Shown here: in pieces, positions 49,101-62,300 of the stretch
How the letters are laid out: every line of letters begins with the position of its first letter
How positions within the stretch are numbered: the stretch's first letter is position 1
Origin: Auanema rhodensis
Taxonomy: Eukaryota; Animalia; Nematoda
Length of the DNA stretch: 64,000 nucleotides
Direction of reading: 5' to 3'
Assembly (NCBI GenBank): GCA_964057225.1
Contig: OZ059894.1
Location: 5,704,001 to 5,768,000 of the forward strand
The notes under the pieces: generated by a model
Databases searched by the model: none
What the model saw: only the letters and a program-made list of their open reading frames with translations
What the model was told of the DNA's origin: nothing
Made by a program: the position numbers and the translations under genes

Positions 49101-52100
49101 GCATCCATGAATAAGCGTCCGATAAAGAATGGACGACGGTCCATCCATAATCGTTTGCTGGCTGAAGCAACGACGTCGAGCGACAGAAGAGCGCCGTAGA
49201 GCGTTTTGCAATACAAACAGAAAGGACTGTTTGTTCTGTGGGCTTGTGCGACGACCAGTGTACACGTAACTGACGGCAGTCTGGAGAAACAGATATGCCG
49301 GAAGTGTCCTCAAAATCGGGACTGGAATGAACGAACACAGAAACATTGTGAGCTCCAGACATCACTACATAAAGAAAAGATTGTGAAAGAAAAGAAAGCA
49401 AAGAGCAGACAAAAGAAGAGAAAATGTATAGAGATCGAGACAACGACCGGACTGAAGATATACCGGAGGATAGTGTGTGACGTTGGCGAAGAGATTTTCC
49501 GGGTTCGGGACCCGGTACAACTGGACATGATTTCCGCATTCGAGTGCAGAAGAAATAAAAAAAATATGAAAACGAGAATTGGAATTCCATATTAGCTTTA
49601 AACTACAAAATAATATATAAATATTTTTTCTATTAGAGAGAGTTAAAGATAAAAAAATTCTTTCTTGATCATTAGAGAGGACATTACTGGTCATCAGAAA
49701 ATATGAAATGGGAAACGGCTGCACTTTAAGTAGAAACAACAAATTGTTATTCATAACTCTTTCTATGATATAACATCAAAAATGTGGACGCCGGCCCTTG
49801 AATAACCAGAATTACATTTTCATTCTGAAAAAGAAAGTTTCGATTTCAATAGCTGTGGAAAATTAAATAATTTTTATACTGCTTCTATATATATATGCTA
49901 TATTTCCCAGTTTTCTAATTATGGTCATCACTTTCACTTTTTTCAACAGAAAAGTTTCTGAGAGCGGAAAATGGAGCTTGTTGGAATTAGGCAATGTGTG
50001 GAACGAGAAGGCCGGATGACCAACACGTTATGTAATCAAGGTGGATAGCGGAATGGAAAAACTAGAAGTTTAGACTAGCCTTCGGCGCTCCCCAAAAGTG
50101 CAGAGAGATTTAAAAAGAAGGATTCATCTAACAATTGCAATGGAAAGGTGAAGAGGGGAAAGAGAATGTATTTCGAAGAGATTTTACCAAATTTGGACTA
50201 TAAAAATTCGAATAGTAGTTGAAAACGAGACACAAATTCGGAAAGTATTAGAAAAACTGTGAGAGGGACATAGACAGAACAATTGACCAGAAATATGACA
50301 GCGAGAGAAAGGTATTGAGGAAACAATTTCAATGGCAACAGACGATGATTATGACGATGATGACGAGGCAAAATTAAACGAGAAGTAGAGAGAGTGAAAA
50401 GAGAAATAAAAAAGATAGAAAAAGTACCAATATGACCGGCTACCATTACTTTAGGAAAATACGCATTATTATAGGATGGCAGTACATCCAGATTAGGAAA
50501 CAGCAATAGAACATTAGAAGAATGATTGGTTTGTGTGGGGAATCAAATGAGAATTTGGTTGTTACAGAACATATGAAAAGTACTTATATGTGTTTGACAA
50601 CTCCAGAGATATGTATAGGATTGAAATTAAATTTAGAATTTTTCATATTTGTAAATCGTATTGATGAAAGAATTTAAAAAGTCACAGAAAAAGTAAAATG
50701 AGAGCTTTGAATGAAAGTTAAATGAAATTCTTAGGATGAAATAATCGACGACAATGTTATGTCGGCTTGTTCTTTCATTTAATAACGCACGGGGATAAAT
50801 GCTGATATAACCATCTCATTGAAGCTAATCGACATCGTTAATTCTGAAATCGTTCATATAAAACAAAGATAAGAAAAGTATCTACAAATTATAAAAGAAA
50901 AAACAAAAAATACATGTGAAAAAAAAGAATATTAGACAAAAACACACGCATATATGTGTGATGAGCAGAATATTTTCTGAAGATATTGTTACATCAAAAA
51001 TCATTTTTCAAATACTAGATATAGACATTCATATATGGTAATTCTTAAACAAAAATTTCAGGTGAGAAATGAATGAAAAAGAAACAAAAACCAGCTGACA
51101 GTTAGCAAGCGGTCATTATCGGTTCTTCTGGATCACATTAATTCAATACGATCGAATTTTCATGTGCTTCAAAATATTCATATTGCTTTAGGGAGCTAGT
51201 ACACTTTCTCTTTTTCACTTTTCTCTTTCTCTCTGTATTCCATAAAAATTCTTTATAAATTTCTCATACCTTTTTTTAAAATTTTTACATGATCTCGTTC
51301 TCTTCGTCTCTTTTCCTTATGTCGTTTTTGCATTTTGGTTAGTCCAGCAAAGTATTCATTCACTTTCACTCCGCTTACGATTATCCACATGTGAAATCCA
51401 TATTTCCGGTTATCACACAGGCTTTTCTGCTTAATTGGCAACCAGGTTGGCGGCTAATAGTCAATGCAATTTATTTAAAAAGTGAAGATAAAAGGATAGA
51501 AGGAGAGACTGGTCATCGTTACGTAATCTAACTTTCTCATTCATTCGCAATCTCTTCGTACTGTAACTAGTCCTGAGAAAAGGGAAATCCAGGAAAAAAA
51601 GAAAAAAGGGAAACACGATAGAAAGAGAAATACATTCTGATTGAATTGACTTTCCAGAAAATCTTTTCAATCATCTTTCAATTAGAAAGTTATTATAGCA
51701 GTATGTATACACATAGTTACATATAAATCTATGTAGATTTATATACTCCTGATGATATGTAATATATAAATAAAATATCATAAATCATAAAGTTAGTGAA
51801 TATAATAAATGAAACACAATATGAACATAAAAGGAAGATGCAACTTTTTTTCAATTAATTTTCAATAATAGAAAAGAATTTTTTGTAGTTAAATTTGTCT
51901 TTTAAGAATATGAAATTCGAAAATCTCTAACAATACACACATGAATATATTTTATAAGTATACAGGCATATATAGAATAGGATTTCATGTGTGTGTTGTT
52001 CAGAAATAACGAAAATTTCGAAAAAATAGAAGACGAATCGAATGGCACGTCGATGGAATGGAATTAAGGACGACGTGATCAGGTGACCAATACATGACAA

Positions 52101-55100
52101 GTAATGGACAGAATCATCGAAGGCCATGAATGGACAGAGAGAAAACGAGAGAACAAACAATTAGATGTCTATCGGACAAGGCAAAGTAAGAAAAAGATTT
52201 CAGAAAAATGAAAAAAAAAGAAATGGAATAGTGGAAAAGAAGACGAAAATGTTGGTTGATTCAAGAATGGCTGAACATGGGGACAAAATTTCGACCTGAT
52301 GTTGCTTGATAACGAAATATCAAGAATTTACTTGTAAACAGTTAATTGATTTGTTTAATCGTTGTTTGACCGTACAGAAGTGAATGAATATGTGAGAAAT
52401 AGAAGAAAAAATATTCATGTCATAAGCATGTTTTATTTTTTGTTTAGGAATAAATTTTGTAGAAAAGGAAATGTTGATACTTTGATGGCCATGTTTATGC
52501 GTAATAGACTTGATATTTATAAAAGTGTAATAAGGATCCTGATTGATACTGAGTTGATTAACCGTTTAGTTTCGCATCATCCTCTCTCTTTCCTTACTCC
52601 CCAAATATCGCAAGGACGTCCACCTTAAGCTGATGAAACATCTCAGTTCTTTGGTCAATAATCTTCAGAGAAAGTTTTTTTTTTGCAGAAACGAAAGCAT
52701 ATTTTTGTAACTATTTTGAATACAAGATGGATATTGATCTCTCATTAAAATATAGAATAAAAGGAATCATAATGATAATGATGAAGAATAATATCAAAAA
52801 GGAAATGAATAGCAGTTTATAAATCTCTTGACAATCAATATGAAAAGGGCAATTTGAAAACTAAAAGTTTCTAAGAGACATGAAAATCTCTATGTATTAT
52901 ACTGAAAAGACAGTAAAAGTTTGGTGGGCAATCAGAAACTGGACCCGATGGCATTAGTCTTTAGAATGGAACAACCAGCCACTAATAAAGATAGCGAAAG
53001 CGAACTGTTGTTGCTTTTCATGCGTACCCTTCTCAATTCCTCTTTACTGCTTTTTCCCCTGAAAGCCTGGAGACGAAGGGAAAGGTAGAATAAGGTAAGC
53101 GTTCAGAAAAAAAAAACGAAAAGCACAAGAATAACATAGTAAAAATGAACTGAAATTCATTAAGAATACGCTAAAATTTTGAACTATCATGTAACATAGC
53201 TACACTTTTTTTTGTTCAAATAGTTTGACAGCCATGTAATCAAATGCTCGATTGCTAGCAATCATATTCTGTAAAGTTTGTTTGTGATTCTTTTTTTATA
53301 TTTTTGTTGATTTTTCACAAAAATATGCAATAGCATCAAGTGAAAGTATTCGGAAAAAAGAATTATGCAATCGCTTTTACTCTTCTCTTCTTTATCCCTT
53401 TCCTCTTTTTCTCTTACTTCCAAAACTTTCTCTCTCTCTTTATATATTTCCTCAATCTAGTAGACCAGCATCAGTGACCAACTACCTTTTACTTTCATTC
53501 ATAAATCGTTGATTCAAATGAAAAAGAAAAACGTAGAATCCTATTGCATGATGATGCCGATTTTGATGATGATGCAAACGGCTACAACTACTTTCACTAC
53601 CAGCAGATTTATCCACGTATAGAAAGAAGATGAATGGTGTTATAGGGAAAAAAAGATAATGAGAGTAGAAGAGAAAATAGGGAGAGGGTGAGAGAATGAG
53701 TGAAAGAGAAATAGCTGATGGTCGTCGCCGTGTAATGGCAAAACTGGTCAGGATGGTTACGCCATCGTTGTCGTCCGACGTTGCATACAGAAGACAGACA
53801 TGAAATCTAGTGAAAGCCGATAGAGAATAGCCGCCAGCAAAACTGGATAGTCGGCCAGTTGTTCTGTTCTATGTATGTATGAAAGTAACATTGGAAAGCC
53901 ATCATCAAACGAAAGGGGGTGAAGAGAAGAAGCAATGGAGGAGAAAGAGAAGAACGTTGATTGCTAAAAGAGAAAGTGAAGAAACTTGTGGACTTGGTGG
54001 ATCTGGTGCCAAGAAAAGAAGCTGTTAAAAATCTAGGAATGGAAGGGGGGGGGGGTGAACCAAAGAAAGGCTAAATGCGTACATGTAGGGGGCTATTAGA
54101 TGGAGTTTTCTCAATATGGGAGACGTTGCTTTATAAATGTACATTTCAAAAAATAAAGAAAAAATAAAAAAAGGGAAACACACAACGGTGACGAGTGAGA
54201 GTGAACCATGGAGGACAAGGCGGAAAATTGCTCACTCTGAAAACAGGCATCGGAATAGAACACAACCCCGCAAAAACATTTAGCATATCCTGTGTTGGTT
54301 GGACACTTGTCTGTAACAGGTATTCAATTTGAATACTGTGGTGAACGCAATAGCAAATCTGAAAAGTGAAAAATTAGATGCATTAACTGTTTTTGGTTAA
54401 TGAAATGTTGAGGAAAAAGCAAATTGATGCATATTAACGACGAAAAGAAAATGTCAAAATAAATATGATACGAACACATGTAATATAAAATAGCCCCTCA
54501 AAAAAAGAAAAATGCTTAAATTAAAAAGCTACAACAAGATACAAGAAGAAGATAACAAATATACCAAGATAAACGAGGTAAAGTTAAAGAAATTTCGAAT
54601 ATTATATAACATATATATGTATTTTTGTTATGAGATTTTATATTGTATATATATATATATATATATATTAGCTTTGAGTAGAAAATTATCTCAATAGAGA
54701 AACCAAAAAAGAAGAATAGAGAAAAGCTGGATAGATAGAAAAGACATAAACAATCAAAGCAACATCATATATAGAGAAAAGTGAGAAACTGATAAGATTT
54801 CAGAAAATGATAAGCTATTTAGAAGCATATACGTATATATATATTTTGTACGTTTTTGTGAAAAAGAAAGAAAAAGATGATAAAAACGAAAAAACGAAGT
54901 GAAGATATGATGAGACGACGAAGAACGAACGGATGTATGCATACGAGGGCCTGCCCTGTTTTTCACGAGAAGGGTTGGAAGGGTGAGCCGAAAGTTGAAA
55001 ACAGAGCAACATGGCCATTGAGATGGGCAACAACATGAGCAGATCCAACTAAAAGACTATGGGAAGGGAGGATAGTAGAGAGAGAAAAAGAAACAGAAGG

Positions 55101-56252
55101 AGTAAGAAGCAGATAGTAAGTTTAATAGAAAAAAAAGAAAAATTGGAAAATAATAGCGTGGATGCAGAAATGTGAAATAAGAAAAAGAGGATGAAAACAT
55201 AGAGAGCATGATAACAAAAAAGAGGGAGAAAGAGTGAGAGAAATTGAGAAAGAGTGGGATAAAGAGAGAGATAGAGAGAGAAGAGAAAAGAGCTGGAGGA
55301 AATAGAAGAAAGACACAACAACGTAGCATCACAGAAGAGCCAAATAAAAATCAAAAGAATCTTTATAAAAGGATGATCCAGCATATATAATATATCGATT
55401 TTATCATGAGATGAAGCAGTACTGGGTTTGTGTCTGCGTGTCGAATAGAGACTCATATCCAAGATTATAGTCATCAAAGTGTTTTGCTGTTAAACGATAT
55501 ATCGCTTTCACGTGAGCAAGACTTTTGCTGTGCTATCACAACTATTCTTCATATTGTTACTTAATGTTGATTCCCTTTTTTTCACGATTAAATTCTGATT
55601 GCTCTCTTTTTTTCCGATTAACACATTATTATTTAGTATTTCTACTTTGAGTAATTTATTTATTACACAAAATAAGAATTGAGATTTTTAGCCGAAATAA
55701 GAGGAACAAAATTACTTCTTACTTCTTTTATACATGCATAAAATTTCAATGAGTTCAAGTAACAAATTAATCAAAATTCATTTTGCGTTCTATTTTGATT
55801 GTTTAAGTTAAATGCATACTTATGATCTCAATACACAAATTTAATTTGTGTATCCATGGATACAACTGTTAATATATTAGTATTAAGTTAACTACTTTTA
55901 CTAAAAGTTGTAAGACTCATCATATTCGATATATTAAACAACTAACATATTAATAGTTATCCTGCAATTTTCTTTTGCTGTTGTTCTCTTGTTATAAATG
56001 TTATAAAGATCTCTTTTTAACATCTTCTCATGCCTACATGCTTTTTTGAATCTTTTATAACTTTTAACTCACTTATCTTATTTTTTCTTCTCTTAACTAA
56101 ATGTTGTAATTTCATCGATTTTTAACACCAAAAGTATTTTTTAGGAAAAACTGTGAAATCACATATAAATATAAATAAATAAACACACACACTTATATAT
56201 ATATATATATATATATATAAATATATAAATATATAAATATATAAATATATAA

Positions 56253-56337
<85 letters not shown>

Positions 56338-59300
56338 ATATACGTGTGTGTTCTCATCTTCTAGTAATAAACTCTAAAAATAGTACAAGAGCTACATAGA
56401 GAGCCTAGCGCTTGCCCTGCCTTCAGAGCCCCAGTGAGACGGAAAAAAGAACGTGGACAGAAAGGAAATCCAATACATAGGCACATGGACACTGCTTCTA
56501 TGCTATACATGAGATAAAAATGAGAGAGTCGAAGTGAGCATAAGAATGTAAGAGAAAATTAAAAAAGCGGAGAGAATGTCGTTTGAAGAACGACGAGATA
56601 ATGGCAAACGAAAGAGAGAGAGAGAGAACGGATGGCCAGGGACTGCTAGGCGAGACAAGAGAAGGCAGCTAGCCGCACTAACTGAGAAAAGAGCATTTTG
56701 TGTTTCCAGCTTCTCTCGTTTTTATGTTCTATCTCTATTCTATATTCTTTTTCTCTCGCAGACCCTCTCTCATTCTCAGCCTTGCTCTCTGGCTACTGAG
56801 GTCCTGCTATCTAGCTCTGCCGTTGATATGTATATATGTGTGTGTGTGTGTGTGTATGTGCAGTCGTCAGCAGTAGATATAATACTAAAATGGAAAAAAT
56901 ATATAATATAACAAAAAAAAAGAAAAAAAATGAAAAAAATGAGAAATTGAAAAAAACTTTTCTACAGACCTCAACGTTATATTCTTGAAATAATAACATA
57001 ATATTGGAATTTATAGAAATTAAAATATAATTTAGTCAAAGAACAGATTATTTTTCTTCAGTTCTCAAAAAAAATATAATATATGAGTGAGATCAATCGA
57101 TGCTTTTTTACATGTATGATTGATTCAGAGCATGTAACAAACACGTGGGTAAATTACTTGAATGGCTTACGTGAAACCCAATAAAAGTGTTTGTAGCTGT
57201 TTTGTTGATGAAATAGATGTAAACTACATAAGAAAAAATTGTACGAATGTTGCATAGATTTCAGATTAGGAAAACTCTTGAAGTTCTCATGCTGAAACTA
57301 GAAGAAAAACGAAAAAATCAGATTAAAATAATGAACTTGTATAGATGTATGTGTATAGATATATTTTCTCAGACCAGGTTGAATAAAAAAAATAGGATGA
57401 TCTTATTAGAGAGTATTTGTTGCCGATAAGAAGTAAAGAATATAAACATTTTTCTCCATGGAAATAATAATGCTCTATGATGTTGCTATGGGCTTGCAAA
57501 TAGCCGTAGGCTATTGGGGCGGTTCTTCTGATTCCCATAACTAACAGAGCAAAAGTATATAGTAGAAAAATGCCATATACGGCTCGGACGATAGGCGGGG
57601 ACGTAGATATTCTGAAGGCTCGAATAAGCGAAACATATATAGAGAGTGGAAATATCGGATGACCAACGACAGCCAGTGGGTATTTTCTCTCTCTTCTCTC
57701 TTATTGCTGCCATCTATATCTCTATGGATCTCTAGCTCTCTCCTTCTTCCTTGCTCTACTCCCTCTATTTTATACTTGCTATTCAAGTAGTCTGCTCTTT
57801 TATTTGAAAATCAAAATTTTTTTGCTCTCGTCCGGCATAAAAAAGAAAAACGTACTAAATGAAATTGGAAGAGAAAGACGAAAAAGTCTAATATATTTAG
57901 CGAAATTTAAGCTTCTAAAAATGTTATTAAGTTATAACTTAATATTATTGAAAAATTAAACTCATAAAATATTATAAAATAAATATAACTACATTTTTTA
58001 CATATTTTCTATAAAGATCAATAAGAAAAAAAAGCTTAAATATATTATATATACATATAACATTAAAAAGTATAAAGGTGTAAAAAGAAAAAAAAAAGAA
58101 AAAAAGCAAAATGAAGTAACGCGTTGACTTCTTATTTGACATTTTTTTCTTCTCGTAATCGCTTGCCCAATGACCGCTGTCCACTTTCTGCTTTAGTTGC
58201 AAAGCTGGCCCTGGCCTCATGAGCAGTGAAAACGGAGGGGGGGGAGAGTGCTGACTACAAAGACTGCACATGGCTGGCAAAGACACAAATGCCCTTAGGC
58301 TTTAGTACTAGAAGCTTTAACAAAATATGCTATATATACGAACAATTCAAAAATAAAGAGAAAAAAAGAAAAGAAGAAGCAAAATATATAAATATAAATG
58401 AATTGTATAAGTAATTGGTAAAGAAAAAAGCAAATACATCAAGTTAGTTTTATAATATTTTTGAAGCTCAGATCCAAAAATTATAAGCATAATCTATAGG
58501 TACTTTTTGGTTTTTAAAAAGAAATTGGTGGATAAGAAAACAGTTAAAAAACTAAAAAAGTAATCATGAAGTAAATTTTTTGATTGTAAATGTGAAGAAC
58601 AAACAAAAGAGAAAATATAAGAATACTAGTATCAAGTTGTATAACGCTGAGAAAAGTTTTCATTATCTAAAGGATCTCATACTTTTTTTTTTAATATTTT
58701 TAGTCACCGGTTGCAAAGTGGATCATACTAAATATATGAAAAAAATAAATAAAAAATAAATAAAAATTTGTTTTTTTGGAAATAGTTGATGAAGATTGAA
58801 ATTTGTCTCCTACCAGTCTAATTTAAAAAAATGTTTGTATTGTGGTATAGTCATGAAAATACATACATGTTTATATACATATAATGTGACGTAAAAGAAA
58901 TAGCCAATGTACTAAGAGGAAGAAGAAGATGAATCGGAAGGATAAGATCAGAAAAGAATAGATTAGTGTGCTCTAGAAGATCATGATGATGAGAAAAGTG
59001 CAAGAAGCAGAGAATGATGAGCTGAAAGAGATACCTGTTGGGGTGTAGGACGGAAAAGCAGAAGCAGAAGAACATGATCAAGAAAGAAATGAAAAGATAA
59101 AACGAAGGAAAAGAATAAAGAAGAAACGAAAAAGATGTAGTACAACATGTGTATATTGTATATTTCGAAACGAGCAATTTTTTCTTAAGCAGGAAGCTTT
59201 AGCTTTCTTTTGGAAAATATGAATTGAGATGAATGTCTGCATTTTGTTCTTGTGATGAAAAATTGAAGAGACTATAGTATTAACTTTAATTTATATAAAT

Positions 59301-62300
59301 TTTCATTGCTGTTAAGTGTGATAATGAGGATATATGTATGTATCTATACATACATATACATATACTATTACATATATGTATGTGTACATTAAAATAGAAA
59401 TGTTCGCAAGAAAATGAATAACTAACAAAAAAAAGATAGGATACTTTATCTCAGAAAAGAGATGAGAGTAGTAAAAATAAAAGAAATCAGAAGGAACTGA
59501 ACAACGAATGGTGTGAACAGAAGAAAATAATCAAAAAAGTAAAATCTTTTTTATAAGTTATAGTAATAAACCTTTTTTTAATCAAAATAATAGGAAAAGA
59601 AAAAAAAGAAAAGAGAAGCCGAAGAAAGCCTTTTTAGAAGATTTGAATCATATATACATACATATGTATGTATTCCTTAGATGTGATGAGATAAAAGAGA
59701 TATTCACTACATATATTATATATATATATAGTATATATATGCATCAAGTATAAAGAATATAAAATATCAAAAACAACAAAAAAAATTATGAATTTTAGTT
59801 AAAACTTAAAAATAATAAAAAATTTTAGTTAATTAACAAAAATAAAATAAAAAGCTAGCTCAGTCGTATGTGTTGTTCTCAGAAAACTCATTTGAACACT
59901 ATTTCTTCTTCTCTTGTTTATAATATGTGAATATGTTTGTATCACTTTGATTCTTTTTCTTTCTTTATATCATATATTATTGTTTTTAAATTTAATAGAA
60001 AAAATTAAACCTGTTACGTAATCATATTAGGCAGTTCTGAACCCATTATTAATGAAAGTTGAAAATATGATGAGGAATTTTCAAAGGATTACATTAAAAA
60101 GGGAATGTATTGGCTACATGCAGGAAATAAATGAATAACAGTAGCAAATACTTTTTGTCAATATATTTTTTTAGAAAGTAGAGAATATTATTTGATTTTA
60201 ATGTATAAATTTAGTTAATATGGAAAATTATAATGTTTGTCTAGACTTTTAAGTCATTACTAAGTTATGACTAAAAGTCTAATGATATGTGCTTGTTCGT
60301 TTTATTTTTAATATTTTTCAAATGAACTACACATTTCTTCACACACTCTTTTATAGTATAGCTAATTATCATGTTTTCTCACATATTGTGTAAGTTTCTT
60401 TTTTTTATGTTCAGTTTTTTTCTTCAATAGCGTCGGCTGCTTACGTTTATTTTTTTTTTTTTTGCAAACACAAAACATCAACAACATTCCGGCTTAATGA
60501 ATAGAGAAGTGAATGTCCAGAGCCAGCATGGAAAATGTTGTGAATTGAACAACACGAAAAAGGCGTTATCGATAAACTTTTTCGTACTCGCTATCGTCAC
60601 TTTTTAATTTTGAAATATTTTGATCTGGAGCTCATGTCTGGAAAATAACTTCTGATATTGTTGTTGAGATTATTGGATTATGTGGTTGATGTTATTCATT
60701 CATCTGATATCTCACAGTAGAAATGAAGACACTCGAAATTGCTGCTCGGATTAGAGAGGAAAAAAGAAAAAGAGAGAATGAGCTCAGGAATAAACTAAAG
60801 CTCAAATTTAAGCACTGAACAGCCAGATGTGAGAGGGAGAGAAGCACATGCGGGCGATCAATCGCCATTGGCCAGTTGTTTCTCAGAAAAAAAAGAAGAA
60901 CGAAACTAAGAAAGTGAATAGAAAAAGATGCAATACGATGAGACAAGATAGACAAAAATAATATTAAGAATGAAGAGAGAACAGCATCGTATCACAAGCA
61001 GAAATTAGCAAATGCAAAGTAACAATCTAAATAAAACAAAGAGTAGGTTCACCGTTGCGAAGTGAATTGTGCTCGTATATTAGTATGTATATGTCCTGAA
61101 GCACATAGCTGGGCTATTGTGCATGAGCCGGAAAATTGCAGCAATAGCAGCAGCAGCAGTTAACAGATATTTATATACTATGAAAGAAGACAAGTGAAGA
61201 AGGAGAAGAGACCTTCCTGGTCATGCAGCTGCTCCTGCATACGATGGAATTTTGATCGGCTCTCGGAATGCCCGTAGTTCTATGCGGAAACGAAAGAAGA
61301 ACAAGTAGAAAAACCATTAAATTAAACTTTCGGTTTTGTTGCTTCTACTGTTCCTTTTCCTTTTTCTCTCATACTACATTTTTCCATCGAAAACATAACA
61401 AAGGGATAACAGCGAAAAAGGCGAATTGATCTGGTCCGATCAAGAATAAACATTAAATTAATTACCTATCATGTGTTGAAGATTTCAATGGTTCTATTGA
61501 AAAACAATGTTTATGTATACCAAAAATGGGTTGCATGGTTTCTGCCTATGAGTACTGCTAGCGCTGCCAGTGCTAGTCAAAATGAATCTAGTTCCAATCA
61601 ACAAAAACGTTTTTTTCAGTTACATATAAAATATAAAAAAAAACAAAAAAGAATAGAATAAAAAACAGGTGCAACAGAGAAGTAAATTAAGGAGAGCTGG
61701 ATAGAACTAGAACTTGAAATGGATATAGAGAGAAACAAAAGAAAGAGAGACTTTGTGCTTTATCATGCCCTGTTGGACAGAAGATTTGGTTAAGGTAAGT
61801 TGAAAATAACGTTTAGTTGAAGAAATAGAAAATAAACACTAAATAGCAATAGTAGTAGTGGATATTATTATTAGAAAACAATATATTTGCATTTATAAAA
61901 TTATAACTGGTCATTAGAAAACTATATTAGGTAAACGTTCACAGTTTAAAAACTTAGAAATGCAGATTAGTGAGAGATAATGCAAAATGTGGAAAAGATT
62001 GAAACATATACATATATCTTCTTTTAATTTTAACATAGTTCATGATACACAACTCAGATGAAATAATAGAAATATTTCAGAAAGTAAAAGTGTAATGAGA
62101 AATGGAAGCAATGGCCGAAGCACAACTGGCTTGCCGTTGTTTATCCTATCTATAGTTTTGTTTCCAAGGAAATGTTTCATGTCCAGCAGACAAATCATCA
62201 TAAATTATTTTAAAATATAATATTAAATATTTAGTCCAAAAAATTTGAGAAGAAACATTTTTTTCTACTGGATATTATGCGACCACATACTAAGCTCAAT

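Noticed and set aside
49450-49525. tRNA-like T-arm (CCGGG-TTCGGGA-CCCGG at 49499-49515)
   Set aside because: The loop deviates from TTCRA, and no acceptor, D or anticodon stems could be built.
46349-49754. Longer ORFs at 46403-46807, 49039-49590 and 49206-49595 as protein-coding genes
   Set aside because: Overlapping frames on both strands, low-complexity composition, and no domain or consistent exon chain.
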